This document shows positions 32,180 through 41,606 of a stretch of DNA of 64,000 nt, one piece after another. Positions within the stretch are counted from its first letter, which is position 1. The number at the start of each line of letters is the position of its first letter. Position numbers and translations under genes: made by a program. The notes below the pieces were generated by a model. That model was given only the letters and a program-made list of their open reading frames with translations, searched no databases and had not been told where the DNA came from. Source of the DNA: Gemmatimonadota bacterium (GTDB lineage Bacteria; Gemmatimonadota; Gemmatimonadetes; Palauibacterales; Palauibacteraceae); contig JBDHAC010000002.1 in assembly GCA_039588275.1 (NCBI GenBank), forward strand, positions 54,412-118,411, written 5' to 3'.

Positions 32180-33306
32180 CGGTCTCTCCTGGCGATGTCG
32201 TCCGGATACTCATCCGAATAGACGTGCTCGTAGATCGCCGCGGGGTCGGGGAACGGACTCTGCTCCGCGAACTCCGCCGATGCCTCCACGATCTCGATGA
32301 TCTCGCGGTCCATGGCCGTCACCTCTTCGGCGGTGATGCGGCCGGCGTCGATCATCTTGCGGCGGAAGTCGAGGATCGGGTCATCCGCCTGCCACAGCTC
32401 CAGCTCCTCCTTCGTCCGATACGTGCCGTGCGAGGGATCCGCCATCGAATGACCCATGTACCGGTAGCAGCGGGCCTCGATGTAGGTGGGCAGCTTCTCG
32501 CTCCGGGCTCGTCCGATCGCCTCTTCGGTGGCCTGGCGAACGGCGAGGACATCCATGCCGTCCACCGTGATGGCCTCCATCCCGACGTACGAGCAGGCTC
32601 GCTCGATCAGCTCGCCCGCCGCGGCGACGCGGCGGATGTCGGTGCCCATCCCGTACGCGTTGTTCTCCAGCAGGAAGACGACCGGGAGCTGCCAGCGGGC
32701 CGCCATGTTCATCGCCTCGTGGAACGAGCCGATGTTCACGACCGAGTCACCGAAGAAGCACAGACACACCTGGTCTCCTTCGCGATACCGGATCGCGTAG
32801 CCGACCCCGACCGCGAGCGGGAGGTGGCTCCCGACGATTCCATGCCCGCCGAGGAAGTTGTTGGCCTTGTCGAACAGGTGCATCGAGCCGCCCAGCCCCC
32901 CGGACGTCCCGTCCACCCGCCCGTACAGCTCCGCCATCACGGCGTTCGGAGTCGCACCCCGTACGAGGATCTGCGCGTGGTCCCGGTACGCGGTGATCAC
33001 GTAGTCGTCGTCCCGCAGAGGCGAGATCGCGCCGACGGCTACCGCCTCCTGTCCGATATACAGGTGACAGAAGCCGCCGATCTTCCCCATCTGATAGGCT
33101 TCGGCGGTCTTCTCTTCGAACCGGCGGGACAGGATCAGTAGCCGCAGCAGCTCGCGGCTTTCCTTCACGGACAGGCCGAGGAAGTCGGTCCCGACCTCCA
33201 CGGTCTCGAGGACGGGGCGGCCGTTGCCCGTCCCCCGGCCCGGGCGCGGGTGGTCGCCCGGCTCGTCGCCGTGCATCTTGGGCTCCGCATCGCCTTCGTG
33301 GCTCAT
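32170..33306 (-). CDS. pdhA: Pyruvate dehydrogenase E1 alpha
   Basis: GFCHLYIGQEA, GGSMH, FFGD...N TPP motif, RYMGHSMAD. Confidence 0.96.
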   Translation of the reverse strand: MSHEGDAEPKMHGDEPGDHPRPGRGTGNGRPVLETVEVGTDFLGLSVKESRELLRLLILSRRFEEKTAEAYQMGKIGGFCHLYIGQEAVAVGAISPLRDDDYVITAYRDHAQILVRGATPNAVMAELYGRVDGTSGGLGGSMHLFDKANNFLGGHGIVGSHLPLAVGVGYAIRYREGDQVCLCFFGDSVVNIGSFHEAMNMAARWQLPVVFLLENNAYGMGTDIRRVAAAGELIERACSYVGMEAITVDGMDVLAVRQATEEAIGRARSEKLPTYIEARCYRYMGHSMADPSHGTYRTKEELELWQADDPILDFRRKMIDAGRITAEEVTAMDREIIEIVEASAEFAEQSPFPDPAAIYEHVYSDEYPDDIARRDRWR

Positions 33307-33337
33307 CGTTCGCCTCCGGAGCTGTCTCGCGGGAGCG

Positions 33338-34273
33338 TCACTGGGCTGCCGCCGCCGCTTTGGCCCGGAGGTCGACCACCTGCTCGCGGGCGTGGTAGGA
33401 GCTTCTCACCAGGGGTCCGCTCTCGACGTGCAGCAGACCCTGTGCTTCACCGAGGCGCTTCCATTCCGCGAACTCCTCGGGCGACACGTAGCGCGCGATC
33501 GGTCTGTGGTCGGTAGAGGGCCGCAGGTACTGTCCCAGCGTCAAGATCTGGACGCCCGCGGCGACTGCATCGCTCATGAACTCGTCGATGTCCTCTTTCA
33601 TCTCGCCGAGACCCAGCATGATGCCCGTCTTGACCAGCAGGCCATCGTCCAGCTCGCGGGCCAGCCGGAGCACGGCAAGCGAACGATCGTAGCGGCCCCC
33701 GGGTCGTGCGGTGCGGTGGAGGCGACGGACCGTCTCCATGTTATGGTTGAAGATCTCCGGGCGGGCCTCGATCACGGCCCGAACCGCGTCTGGATCGCCC
33801 TGAAAATCGGGCGTGAGGACCTCGATCGAGCATTGGGGGGCGCGCTGGCGAATCTCGCGGATCGTCTCGGCGAAGATCCACGCGCCTCCATCGGGCAGGT
33901 CATCGCGGTCCACCGACGTGATCACGCAATGCCGTAGCCTCAGACGCTGGACGGCTTCGGCCACGCGCCGCGGCTCGTCCTCGTCCAGCTCCGCCGGCCG
34001 ACCGTGGGCGATCGCGCAATAGGGACAGTTGCGCGTGCATATTTCGCCCATGATGAGGAACGTGGCCGTCCCGGCTTCCCAGCACTCGCCGATGTTCGGA
34101 CAGTGCGCTTCCTCGCAGACGGAGTTCAGCTCCAGCCCGCGCATGAGGTGCTTCAGGCGCAGGTACTGAGGCCCTCCCGGAGCACGCACCTTCAGCCACC
34201 GCGGCTTGCGCTGCGGCCAGGCGACCCCGGCATCGTCGCGGTCCTCCCGAGGCAGTATTGTGAGATCTCTCAT
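33338..34273 (-). CDS. lipA: Lipoyl synthase
   Basis: CEEAHCPNIGEC, CTRNCPYC, VRSSY motifs. Confidence 0.97.
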   Translation of the reverse strand: MRDLTILPREDRDDAGVAWPQRKPRWLKVRAPGGPQYLRLKHLMRGLELNSVCEEAHCPNIGECWEAGTATFLIMGEICTRNCPYCAIAHGRPAELDEDEPRRVAEAVQRLRLRHCVITSVDRDDLPDGGAWIFAETIREIRQRAPQCSIEVLTPDFQGDPDAVRAVIEARPEIFNHNMETVRRLHRTARPGGRYDRSLAVLRLARELDDGLLVKTGIMLGLGEMKEDIDEFMSDAVAAGVQILTLGQYLRPSTDHRPIARYVSPEEFAEWKRLGEAQGLLHVESGPLVRSSYHAREQVVDLRAKAAAAAQ

Positions 34274-34486
34274 GGCGTCGAGGTCGACTCCATCATGTCT
34301 TCAGCGAGTTGATCGTCCGCGCCCGGGGTGGATTTCGTCCATCTCGCCCCTGCCGACGGCCCTGGCGGGATTGATACACCCCTGCCAGAACCCGCTGAAG
34401 ATATCCGAGCCTCCATGGGGTGTCCACTTTCCTCAGCGCCCTCCGTTCGCCCGTCGCACCCGCCAAAACGCCCTCCCGAGTGGAGT

Positions 34487-34515
34487 TTGCACCCCCTGAA
34501 ACGCCCGCCTATCTT
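34487..34515 (+). promoter_or_regulatory. Sigma70-like promoter giving a probable leaderless ferredoxin mRNA
   Basis: TTGCAC-17 nt-TATCTT, 7 nt before ATG 34523; no SD. Confidence 0.55.
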
Positions 34516-34522
34516 CCGGCGC

Positions 34523-34768
34523 ATGACGTATATCATCACGCAACCGTGCATCGACGAGAAGGACGCATCGTGCGTCGACGTCTGCCCCGTTGACTGCATA
34601 TACGAGGGCGAGGATCAGTTCTACATCCACCCCGAAGAGTGCATCGACTGCGGCGCCTGTGTACCGGAGTGTCCCGTGGAGGCGATCTTCCCGGATGACG
34701 AGGTGCCGGAGCAGTGGCAGGAGTATACCGCGAAGAACTACGTGTACTTCGACGTCCCACCACCCTAG
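34523..34768 (+). CDS. 7Fe-type ferredoxin
   Basis: [18 protein letters not shown] and [12 protein letters not shown] motifs. Confidence 0.95.
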   Translation: MTYIITQPCIDEKDASCVDVCPVDCIYEGEDQFYIHPEECIDCGACVPECPVEAIFPDDEVPEQWQEYTAKNYVYFDVPPP

Positions 34769-34864
34769 CTGGCGGCGTGCGCCGGCGCCGGGTCGGATCC
34801 GGCCTGGGTCCAGACCCTCCTCTCATCCGACATTGACGGCGCGGCGGCGATCGACGGTAGGATC

Positions 34865-35128
34865 GTGACCAATCGTGTGCTCGAGATCGACGGCCTCAAG
34901 TGGACCGTGGTCGCTTTGCCTCAGGAGGCGAAGCACAGCGGGGCAGATCGATGGCATCTGTCGCGTGTTCGGTTCGAACCGCTCGGCCATTTGGAGTTCG
35001 CCCCCCGCGAGGCGTGGCTGCGCCACGAGGAGGACGTGCCGGCGCGAGACGTACTCGACCAGTACGGCGACGAGCAGCTGAGGGAGGCGTTTCTCGTCGC
35101 CGAGGAGATAAACGGAGAACCGCAGTGA
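34865..35128 (+). CDS. Hypothetical protein
   Basis: 87 aa; stop overlaps next GTG (GTGA). Confidence 0.6.
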   Translation: MTNRVLEIDGLKWTVVALPQEAKHSGADRWHLSRVRFEPLGHLEFAPREAWLRHEEDVPARDVLDQYGDEQLREAFLVAEEINGEPQ

Positions 35129-36186
35129 GACACAAGCTCGCTCGTTACACGGTCGCGCTGGCCGCAGCGGCCACCGTCGCGGCCCCGGAGTCGCTCACGG
35201 CACAGGTGACTCCACCCGATCTGCCTCACCAGAGCGATCTCGTGCGGGTGGAGGACCACCCCGACGAGGGCTACCTGGAGCTGGTCGTCGGACCGGCCGC
35301 CCTCCCGGCGCACGGCCCGCATCTGAGACTACCGATCCAGCTGGCCACGCTACCCATCGAGGGGTGGGTGCACGGCTTCGAGTGGGAGATGCGGGATGCG
35401 GCCGGGAATCCTCTTCCGGATCGGCTGCTGCACCACTGGAACATGGTCAGCCCCGACGAGCGCGAGCTGTTCTCTCCCGTCCCTCTCCGAGTCCTGGCGG
35501 CGGGTCGCGAGACGGAACGATTCGCGCTCCCCAAGTTCCTGGGAGTGCCCATCGAGGAGGGGACCCGCTGGCTGGTCGTCTCGATGTTCGCCAACCCCAC
35601 GGACACCCCGTACGACAAGGCGTACCTCCATGTGCGGGTCGACTACACGCGTGCCGAGACCGCACGACTCGCCCCGAGCGATGTTTACCCGTTCTACGTC
35701 GACGTCATGGGGCCGGTGGGAGAAAAGGAATTCCCGCTCCCGCCGGGACGGCATACCCGATCCTTCGAGGCGAGCCCGGCCGCGGATGGACGCATCCTGG
35801 TCCTGGGGGCACACCTGCATGACTACGGGGAGTGGATCCGCTTCGAGGACGTCACGGCCGGAAAGGTGCTGTGGGAGACAGCCCCCGACGTGGATGAAAC
35901 GGGTGAGGTGACCGGCGTCCCGCGCGGGAATTTCTTCTGGCGGGGCGGACTCCGCGTGTACAAGGATCACGTGTACCGCCTGTCGGTACGGTACATGAAC
36001 CCGCTAGATGTGCCGGCTGCGGATGGCGCGATGGGGGCTCTTGCCGGCATCGTCGTGACCGACCCTTCGGAGTGGCCCGAGTTGGACCGTTTTCATGAAG
36101 CGTACGCGCAGGACCTGCGCAACATGCTCGAGAAGCCGAACGAGGCGCACGGGCACGGTCAGATGGAGCACGGGTCCAGCCCGTAG
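35125..36186 (+). CDS. Secreted protein with PHM/DBH-like copper-ligand motifs
   Basis: Signal peptide; LLHHWN, GAHLHDYG, GAMG motifs; His-rich tail. Confidence 0.6.
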   Translation: MRHKLARYTVALAAAATVAAPESLTAQVTPPDLPHQSDLVRVEDHPDEGYLELVVGPAALPAHGPHLRLPIQLATLPIEGWVHGFEWEMRDAAGNPLPDRLLHHWNMVSPDERELFSPVPLRVLAAGRETERFALPKFLGVPIEEGTRWLVVSMFANPTDTPYDKAYLHVRVDYTRAETARLAPSDVYPFYVDVMGPVGEKEFPLPPGRHTRSFEASPAADGRILVLGAHLHDYGEWIRFEDVTAGKVLWETAPDVDETGEVTGVPRGNFFWRGGLRVYKDHVYRLSVRYMNPLDVPAADGAMGALAGIVVTDPSEWPELDRFHEAYAQDLRNMLEKPNEAHGHGQMEHGSSP

Positions 36187-36301
36187 TCCGCGTGTTCCAG
36201 CCGCGGATTCGGGCACCCCGACGGTTCATCCTGGCGCCCCGGCGCCCCGAGCGGCTGTCCGCGCCACAGCCCCGCCGCAGATCGGCTGAGGTCGCCGCGC
36301 G

Positions 36302-37201
36302 ATGCCCGAGCTCCCCGACATCACCGTGTATCTCGAGGCGCTGGAGAGGCGTATCCTGGGCCACGAGCTGCTACGCATCCGCCTCGCCAACCCGTTTCTC
36401 CTTCGGTCCGTCGAGCCCCCCGTATCGGACGCCGAAGGGCGGCGCGCGCTTCAGCTCCGACGACTCGGGAAGCGCATCGCGATCCAATTGGAGGGGGATG
36501 TGTGGCTGGTCCTGCACCTCATGGTCGCGGGGCGCCTGCGCTGGAGAGAGCCGGAAGCCAACATCCCGAAGCGCCGAGGGCTGGCGGCGTTCGATTTCGA
36601 GAACGGTTGCCTGATTCTGACCGAGGCCGGCACGAAGAAGCGCGCGTCGCTCCACATCGTGTCCGGCGAGGAGGCCCTGTCGGATCATGACCCGGGGGGT
36701 ATCGAGCCGCTCGAGGTCGATCTGCGCGAGTTCGCTGAAGCGATCACCGGCCGGAACCACACGTTGAAACGGGCGCTGACGGACCCACGTATCCTGAGCG
36801 GGATCGGGAACGCGTACTCGGACGAGATCCCTCACCGCGCGAAGCTGTCGCCCGTGAGGTGGACACAGTGCCTGACGGCCGACGAGATCACGCGACTGTT
36901 CGAGGCGACGCGCGCCACGCTCGGTGAGTGGATCGATACGCTGCGCCAGGAGAGCGGCGATGGCTTTCCCGACAGGGTGACCGCGTTTCGCGACGACATG
37001 GCGGTTCATGAGCGATTCGGGCAGCCCTGTCCAGAATGCGGATCCCCGGTGCAGAGGATTCGGTATGCGGATAACGAGACGAACTATTGCGCCACCTGCC
37101 AGACGGCCGGACGGTTGCTCGCGGATCGGGCCCTGTCCCGGCTGCTGGGGAAGGATTGGCCTCAATCATTAGAGGAGCTGGAGCGAGTGCGCGCCGGTTG
37201 A
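36302..37201 (+). CDS. Fpg/Nei family DNA glycosylase/AP lyase
   Basis: MPELP, LGKR, HLMVAG, GIGNAYSDE, C-terminal CPEC...CATCQ zinc finger. Confidence 0.93.
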   Translation: MPELPDITVYLEALERRILGHELLRIRLANPFLLRSVEPPVSDAEGRRALQLRRLGKRIAIQLEGDVWLVLHLMVAGRLRWREPEANIPKRRGLAAFDFENGCLILTEAGTKKRASLHIVSGEEALSDHDPGGIEPLEVDLREFAEAITGRNHTLKRALTDPRILSGIGNAYSDEIPHRAKLSPVRWTQCLTADEITRLFEATRATLGEWIDTLRQESGDGFPDRVTAFRDDMAVHERFGQPCPECGSPVQRIRYADNETNYCATCQTAGRLLADRALSRLLGKDWPQSLEELERVRAG

Positions 37202-37207
37202 GAGAGC

Positions 37208-37999
37208 ATGCCTCGACTCGCCATCAACATCCTGGAGGAGGAGCTCGACGAAGCGGCCGCGTTCTGTGAGCGGTCCGGCGTCGGCGCGGAGGTCACCGCA
37301 TTCGCCTGGCCGGCGAATCTCGAAGACGGGTTCATGCCGCGCGTCCGCAGGCACAGCGTCGCGCTGGCCGACGTGCCCGTGGCCTCGTGTCACGGTCCGT
37401 TCCTCGATCTGTATCCCGCCAGCCGCGATCCGCTGATCGTCGAGGTGTGTCGCCAACGACATCGGCGCGCGCTGCTCGCCGCACGCGAGCTCTCGGCGAC
37501 CTGCTACGTCGCGCACGTCAACTCGATCCCGCTGATTCGGTCGAAGGCCTACCTGGACGACTTCGTCGGGCGGACGGTGGATTTCTGGTTGCCGTTGGCC
37601 GAGGAGTCGGGGCGCCACGACATGACGATCGTGCTCGAGAACCTGTGGGAGCGGGGGCCCGAGGTGCAGCGTGCCATCGTGGAGGCCGCGGACCACCCGC
37701 GGCTCAAGGCATCCTTCGACAACGGGCACGCGCTGCTCCACTCCCGCATGCCTTCGAGCGAGTGGGTCGAGACCCTCGGAGACGACCTGAAGCACTGTCA
37801 TCTCCACGACAACGACGGGTCCTATGATTCGCACCGACCGGTGGGAGAGGGAATCGAGTCCTGGGAGCCGCTCCTGAGGGGGTTGGCGCGTGACGCCCCG
37901 GATGCCCTGCTGGTGCTGGAGAGCGACCGGCTGGCTGAGAATCAGACCGCGTTGAACGTGCTGCGGGGTTGGTACGAGAACCTGAAAGATCACCGATGA
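37208..37999 (+). CDS. Sugar phosphate isomerase/epimerase (AP endonuclease 2 TIM barrel)
   Basis: HGPFLDL, LEN, FDNGH, HLHDNDG..DSH, LE motifs. Confidence 0.85.
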   Translation: MPRLAINILEEELDEAAAFCERSGVGAEVTAFAWPANLEDGFMPRVRRHSVALADVPVASCHGPFLDLYPASRDPLIVEVCRQRHRRALLAARELSATCYVAHVNSIPLIRSKAYLDDFVGRTVDFWLPLAEESGRHDMTIVLENLWERGPEVQRAIVEAADHPRLKASFDNGHALLHSRMPSSEWVETLGDDLKHCHLHDNDGSYDSHRPVGEGIESWEPLLRGLARDAPDALLVLESDRLAENQTALNVLRGWYENLKDHR

Positions 38000-38018
38000 G
38001 CTCCAAACGGCCGCTCGA

Positions 38019-38324
38019 GTGATCAAGTTCCACTACCACACCGCTCGCCGGGACATCCCGAGGTTGGGAATCCGGCGCGGGGCCCGCCTGTGCCACGTGT
38101 ACAGCGACACGTCGCTCGAGGAGCTCCAGGACTGGGGGCGCCGGCACGGTCTTCGTGTGGAGTGGATCGACGGCGGAGCGGTACCGCACTTCGACGCGTT
38201 CGGCGAGCATATCGATTTGTGCGGCCCCGGTGTGGGATTCCGCGAGTTGGCCGCGGACATCCGCCGCTGGCGGGCCGTGCACGGGAGGCCGCGAGCTACG
38301 GAGGCCCGCCCGGGTCCTCAGTAG
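38019..38324 (+). CDS. DUF4031-like small protein
   Basis: [12 protein letters not shown]...G...PHFD pattern. Confidence 0.6.
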   Translation: MIKFHYHTARRDIPRLGIRRGARLCHVYSDTSLEELQDWGRRHGLRVEWIDGGAVPHFDAFGEHIDLCGPGVGFRELAADIRRWRAVHGRPRATEARPGPQ

Positions 38325-40459
38325 GCGGCCAGCTCCACGATCGCGTCGGCCAGGTCATCCACCTGCGGGAGGATCGCGTTCTCGAGCTGGGGCGCGTATC
38401 CGACGAACGTGTCCGTCGACGTCACCCTTCGAACCGGACCATCGAGCCATTCGAAAAGCTCATCGGCCAGGCGCGCCGAGATCTCCGCCCCGAAGCCCCA
38501 GGATCGGGCATCTTCGTACGCCACGAGTACCTTGTTCGTCCTCCTGACGGATTCCCCGATCGTCTCCATGTCGAGGGGTGATAGCGTCCGCAGGTCGATG
38601 ATCTCCACGTCGACCGGACGCTCTTCCTTCTCCAGCTTCCGCACCGCCTTCGCGGCCCGCTCGACGAGCGCGCCATACGTGATGAGGGTCAGCGCGTTCC
38701 CGGGCCGCACGACCGAGGCCTTCCCCAACGGGATCATGTAATCGGGGCCCGGATACCGCCCCTTGTTGTACGTCTGCCGGTACAGGTGCTTGTGTTCGAG
38801 AAAGAGGACCGGATCATCACAGCGGATCGCCGTGCGGAGGAGTCCGTTGGCGTCGAGCGCGGTTGACGGGCACACGACGCGCATCCCGGGGGTGTGCGTG
38901 AACAGCGACGCGCCGGTCTGCGAGTGGTACATCGCGCCACCCTGCAGGTAGCCACCGTAGGTCGTACGGATCACGAGCGGGCACCTGAAGGCTCCGTTCG
39001 AGCGCCAGCGGAATGTGGTGACCTCGTTACGTATCTGGTGGAAGGCCGGCCAGATGTAGTCGAAGAACTGGATCTCGACCACGGGCTTCAGGCCGCGGAC
39101 CGCCATTCCAAGGGCCCGGCCGACGATGTTCGCCTCGGCGAGCGGCGAGTTGAACACGCGATCCGAGCCGAATCGGCGCTGCAGGTTGGCGGTGACCTTG
39201 AACACACCCCCCTTCCCCTTCACTTCCTCCAGGTGTTGCTCGCGACTCACGTCCGCGACGTCCTCTCCGAACAGCACGATCCTGGGATCGCGCGCCATCT
39301 CGTCGCGCAGACACGCGTTCAGGAGGTCCACCATCGTCGTCGGATTGCCCTCGAGCCGTGGCTCCGTAGAGAACGCGGCCGACGTCGGGTCCACGTCGTG
39401 CGAGTACACGTGATGATAGACCGTCGCCGGGTCCGGCTGCGGGCGCTCCATCGCGCGATCCGCGGCCTCCGAGACCTCGGTATCGACCGCTGCCTGGAGT
39501 CCTTCGATGTCTTCCGCGGACAGGAGGCGCTCTCCAACCAGGTAGTCGGCGAACGTGACCAGCGGGTCGCGGCGCGCTTCCGCTTCCCGCTCGGATTCGG
39601 GCTTGTAGGCTCGCTCATCGTCCGACATCGAGTGGCTGTAAGGTCGGATCACCTTCGCGTGGACGAGCGCCGGCCCTCGCCTCTCGCGGCAGTGTGCGAC
39701 GGCCTCGCGCATCACCCGATAGCTGGCCAGGGGGTCGGTGCCATCGACCTGACGAATGAGGAGGTCGGGAAACCCCCGCACGGCGTTCGATATGCTCCCG
39801 CCGGCCGTGTTTACCTCCACCGGGACCGAGATAGCGTAGCCGTTGTCTTCCACCAGGTAGACGACGGGCAGCTTCAGGTTGCTCGCGGTGTTCAAGGACT
39901 CCCAGAACTCGCCCTCGGACGTCGTACCGTCGCCCGTGCAGACCAGCACGACTTCATCGTTCTTGAAGGTGACGCCGCCCGAGCCGTCGGGCGCGAGACC
40001 CAGGCGAGCGGCGCGCACGCCGGCCTCCGCGCACCCCACGCCGGGCAGAAACTGTGTCCCGGTCGGGCTCGAGGCCGTGACGATGTTCAGGTCCGCGTGC
40101 CCGAAGTGGGAGGGCATCTGCCGGCCGCCGCTGGAAGGATCATCGGCCGCGCCGACCCCCTGGAGGAACATCTCGTAGGGCGTCATGCCGAGCTGGAGAC
40201 AGAGCGCGCGATCGCGGTAATAGGTGAAGAACCAGTCGTATGCGGGTCGGGTCGCCAGTCCGGCCGCCACCAGCACCGCCTCGTGCCCGGCCCCGCTGAT
40301 CTGGAAGAAGATCTTGTTCTGGCGCTTCATGGCCATCTCGCGGTCATCGATCGCCCGCGAGGTGTACATGGTCCGGTAGATCCCGATCAGTTCCTCGCTC
40401 GACAGGCCGTGCCATTCCGGCCGTGTGAGGTGCGGGATTTGCTCCGTCGGTGTCGCCAT
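38318..40459 (-). CDS. Fused 2-oxoacid dehydrogenase E1 alpha/beta (branched-chain type)
   Basis: [14 protein letters not shown]...N, HSMSDD, LAEANI, EIQFFDY, YHSQ motifs. Confidence 0.93.
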   Translation of the reverse strand: MATPTEQIPHLTRPEWHGLSSEELIGIYRTMYTSRAIDDREMAMKRQNKIFFQISGAGHEAVLVAAGLATRPAYDWFFTYYRDRALCLQLGMTPYEMFLQGVGAADDPSSGGRQMPSHFGHADLNIVTASSPTGTQFLPGVGCAEAGVRAARLGLAPDGSGGVTFKNDEVVLVCTGDGTTSEGEFWESLNTASNLKLPVVYLVEDNGYAISVPVEVNTAGGSISNAVRGFPDLLIRQVDGTDPLASYRVMREAVAHCRERRGPALVHAKVIRPYSHSMSDDERAYKPESEREAEARRDPLVTFADYLVGERLLSAEDIEGLQAAVDTEVSEAADRAMERPQPDPATVYHHVYSHDVDPTSAAFSTEPRLEGNPTTMVDLLNACLRDEMARDPRIVLFGEDVADVSREQHLEEVKGKGGVFKVTANLQRRFGSDRVFNSPLAEANIVGRALGMAVRGLKPVVEIQFFDYIWPAFHQIRNEVTTFRWRSNGAFRCPLVIRTTYGGYLQGGAMYHSQTGASLFTHTPGMRVVCPSTALDANGLLRTAIRCDDPVLFLEHKHLYRQTYNKGRYPGPDYMIPLGKASVVRPGNALTLITYGALVERAAKAVRKLEKEERPVDVEIIDLRTLSPLDMETIGESVRRTNKVLVAYEDARSWGFGAEISARLADELFEWLDGPVRRVTSTDTFVGYAPQLENAILPQVDDLADAIVELAAY

Positions 40460-40617
40460 CAGCTATCCGAGGTGGCTGCCGCCGGTTCGAGTGCAGCGCG
40501 TCGAGGCAAGGGGCCGCGGCGCGCTACGAAGTTCGCTCAGGAAGCCTGCAGGTCGCTGAAAAAGCTCCAGCGGGCCTGCCAGAGAATAGTCGTTCAGCAA
40601 GGTGTAGACCACTTTTT

Positions 40618-41325
40618 TCAGCTTCCCAGCCTGGCAGGGAAGGAACCCCTGAGGCGCGGCCCCAGCGACCTCTGGTACCTCCGGATCCGGTCCCCCTCCC
40701 CCGTGGGCGGCATCAGCAGCATGAGGGCATGCAATTGAGCGACCACGTAGTCCGACAACTCGTCGTAGCCGGGTGAGCGATGGAAGCCCCACAGCTGCAG
40801 CGGAAGCAGCAGGATCCAGCGGAGATCACCGGCCAGATCGAGGAGGTGGGCTTCATCCAGCTCCATCCTCGGTTCGCCCATCGCGTACCGCGTGAGCGCC
40901 CCCATGAACAGCGCCGAAGCCTCCGGGGCCAGGAGCTCCAGGTCTGGGTATCGGCCCAGGATACGTGCGGCAAAGCTCGACGGAGCGCCCCCCTCACGGT
41001 CCTCGCCCGTCTCATCCGTTACCCCCTCGAGGCCGCCGGGCGCAGCCAGCCGCTGGGCGAGCTCCGTCGGCTCCCCCGCGCCACACACGAGCCAATCCAG
41101 CCTCAGTTCGGGAAAAGCCTTCTTCAGCGCCAGGATGAAGTCCGATCGCGGGCCTCCGCGGGCGGCCACGCCCTGCGCCGGCACCCGCTCGTAATTGTTG
41201 ATCGTCCCGAGGCTGACCCGCGCGGGCTCGGGAAGGCGCGCGTTCACGGTATCCCGAAACTCACGCAATGACATACGCTTGACGGACACTCGCCAGTGGC
41301 GGAGTCGTTCTTGGACAGTGTTCAT
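40618..41325 (-). CDS. Xre/CI-like HTH protein with unknown C-terminal domain
   Basis: RLRHWR..MSLREF..VSLGTINNYER..P..LDWLVCGAG pattern. Confidence 0.6.
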   Translation of the reverse strand: MNTVQERLRHWRVSVKRMSLREFRDTVNARLPEPARVSLGTINNYERVPAQGVAARGGPRSDFILALKKAFPELRLDWLVCGAGEPTELAQRLAAPGGLEGVTDETGEDREGGAPSSFAARILGRYPDLELLAPEASALFMGALTRYAMGEPRMELDEAHLLDLAGDLRWILLLPLQLWGFHRSPGYDELSDYVVAQLHALMLLMPPTGEGDRIRRYQRSLGPRLRGSFPARLGS

Positions 41326-41397
41326 TATTCTGCCGTCTCCCCTGGCGGGACGGGTGGATCGACCGACCGTTCAATCGACCGTATATCGTCCAGTAAT

Positions 41398-41424
41398 TTG
41401 AACCGGTCGAGGGCCCCGGTTCAA
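41398..41424. promoter_or_regulatory. Perfect 9-bp inverted repeat, operator candidate
   Basis: TTGAACCGG-N9-CCGGTTCAA in the divergent intergenic region; related half-site ACCGTTCAA at 41366-41374. Confidence 0.5.
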
Positions 41425-41606
41425 CCCCTCCTCCCGGACACGGCCGGTCTTGGCGGATCTCGAGCGCCGTCGCGGGCTGTCCCCGACTGCGAACCGGCGC
41501 TGGGTGAGTAGCCAAGGCGGGCCCGCCTGCATTTATTAGATGGACGGCGGAACGAGAGGCGGCCGGGCCGAAGCCGCTTTTTCACGTCCTGACGCGAGGC
41601 GACCCA

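Noticed and set aside
40618..41325. Prophage repressor marking a prophage
   Set aside because: No integrase, structural or replication phage genes nearby
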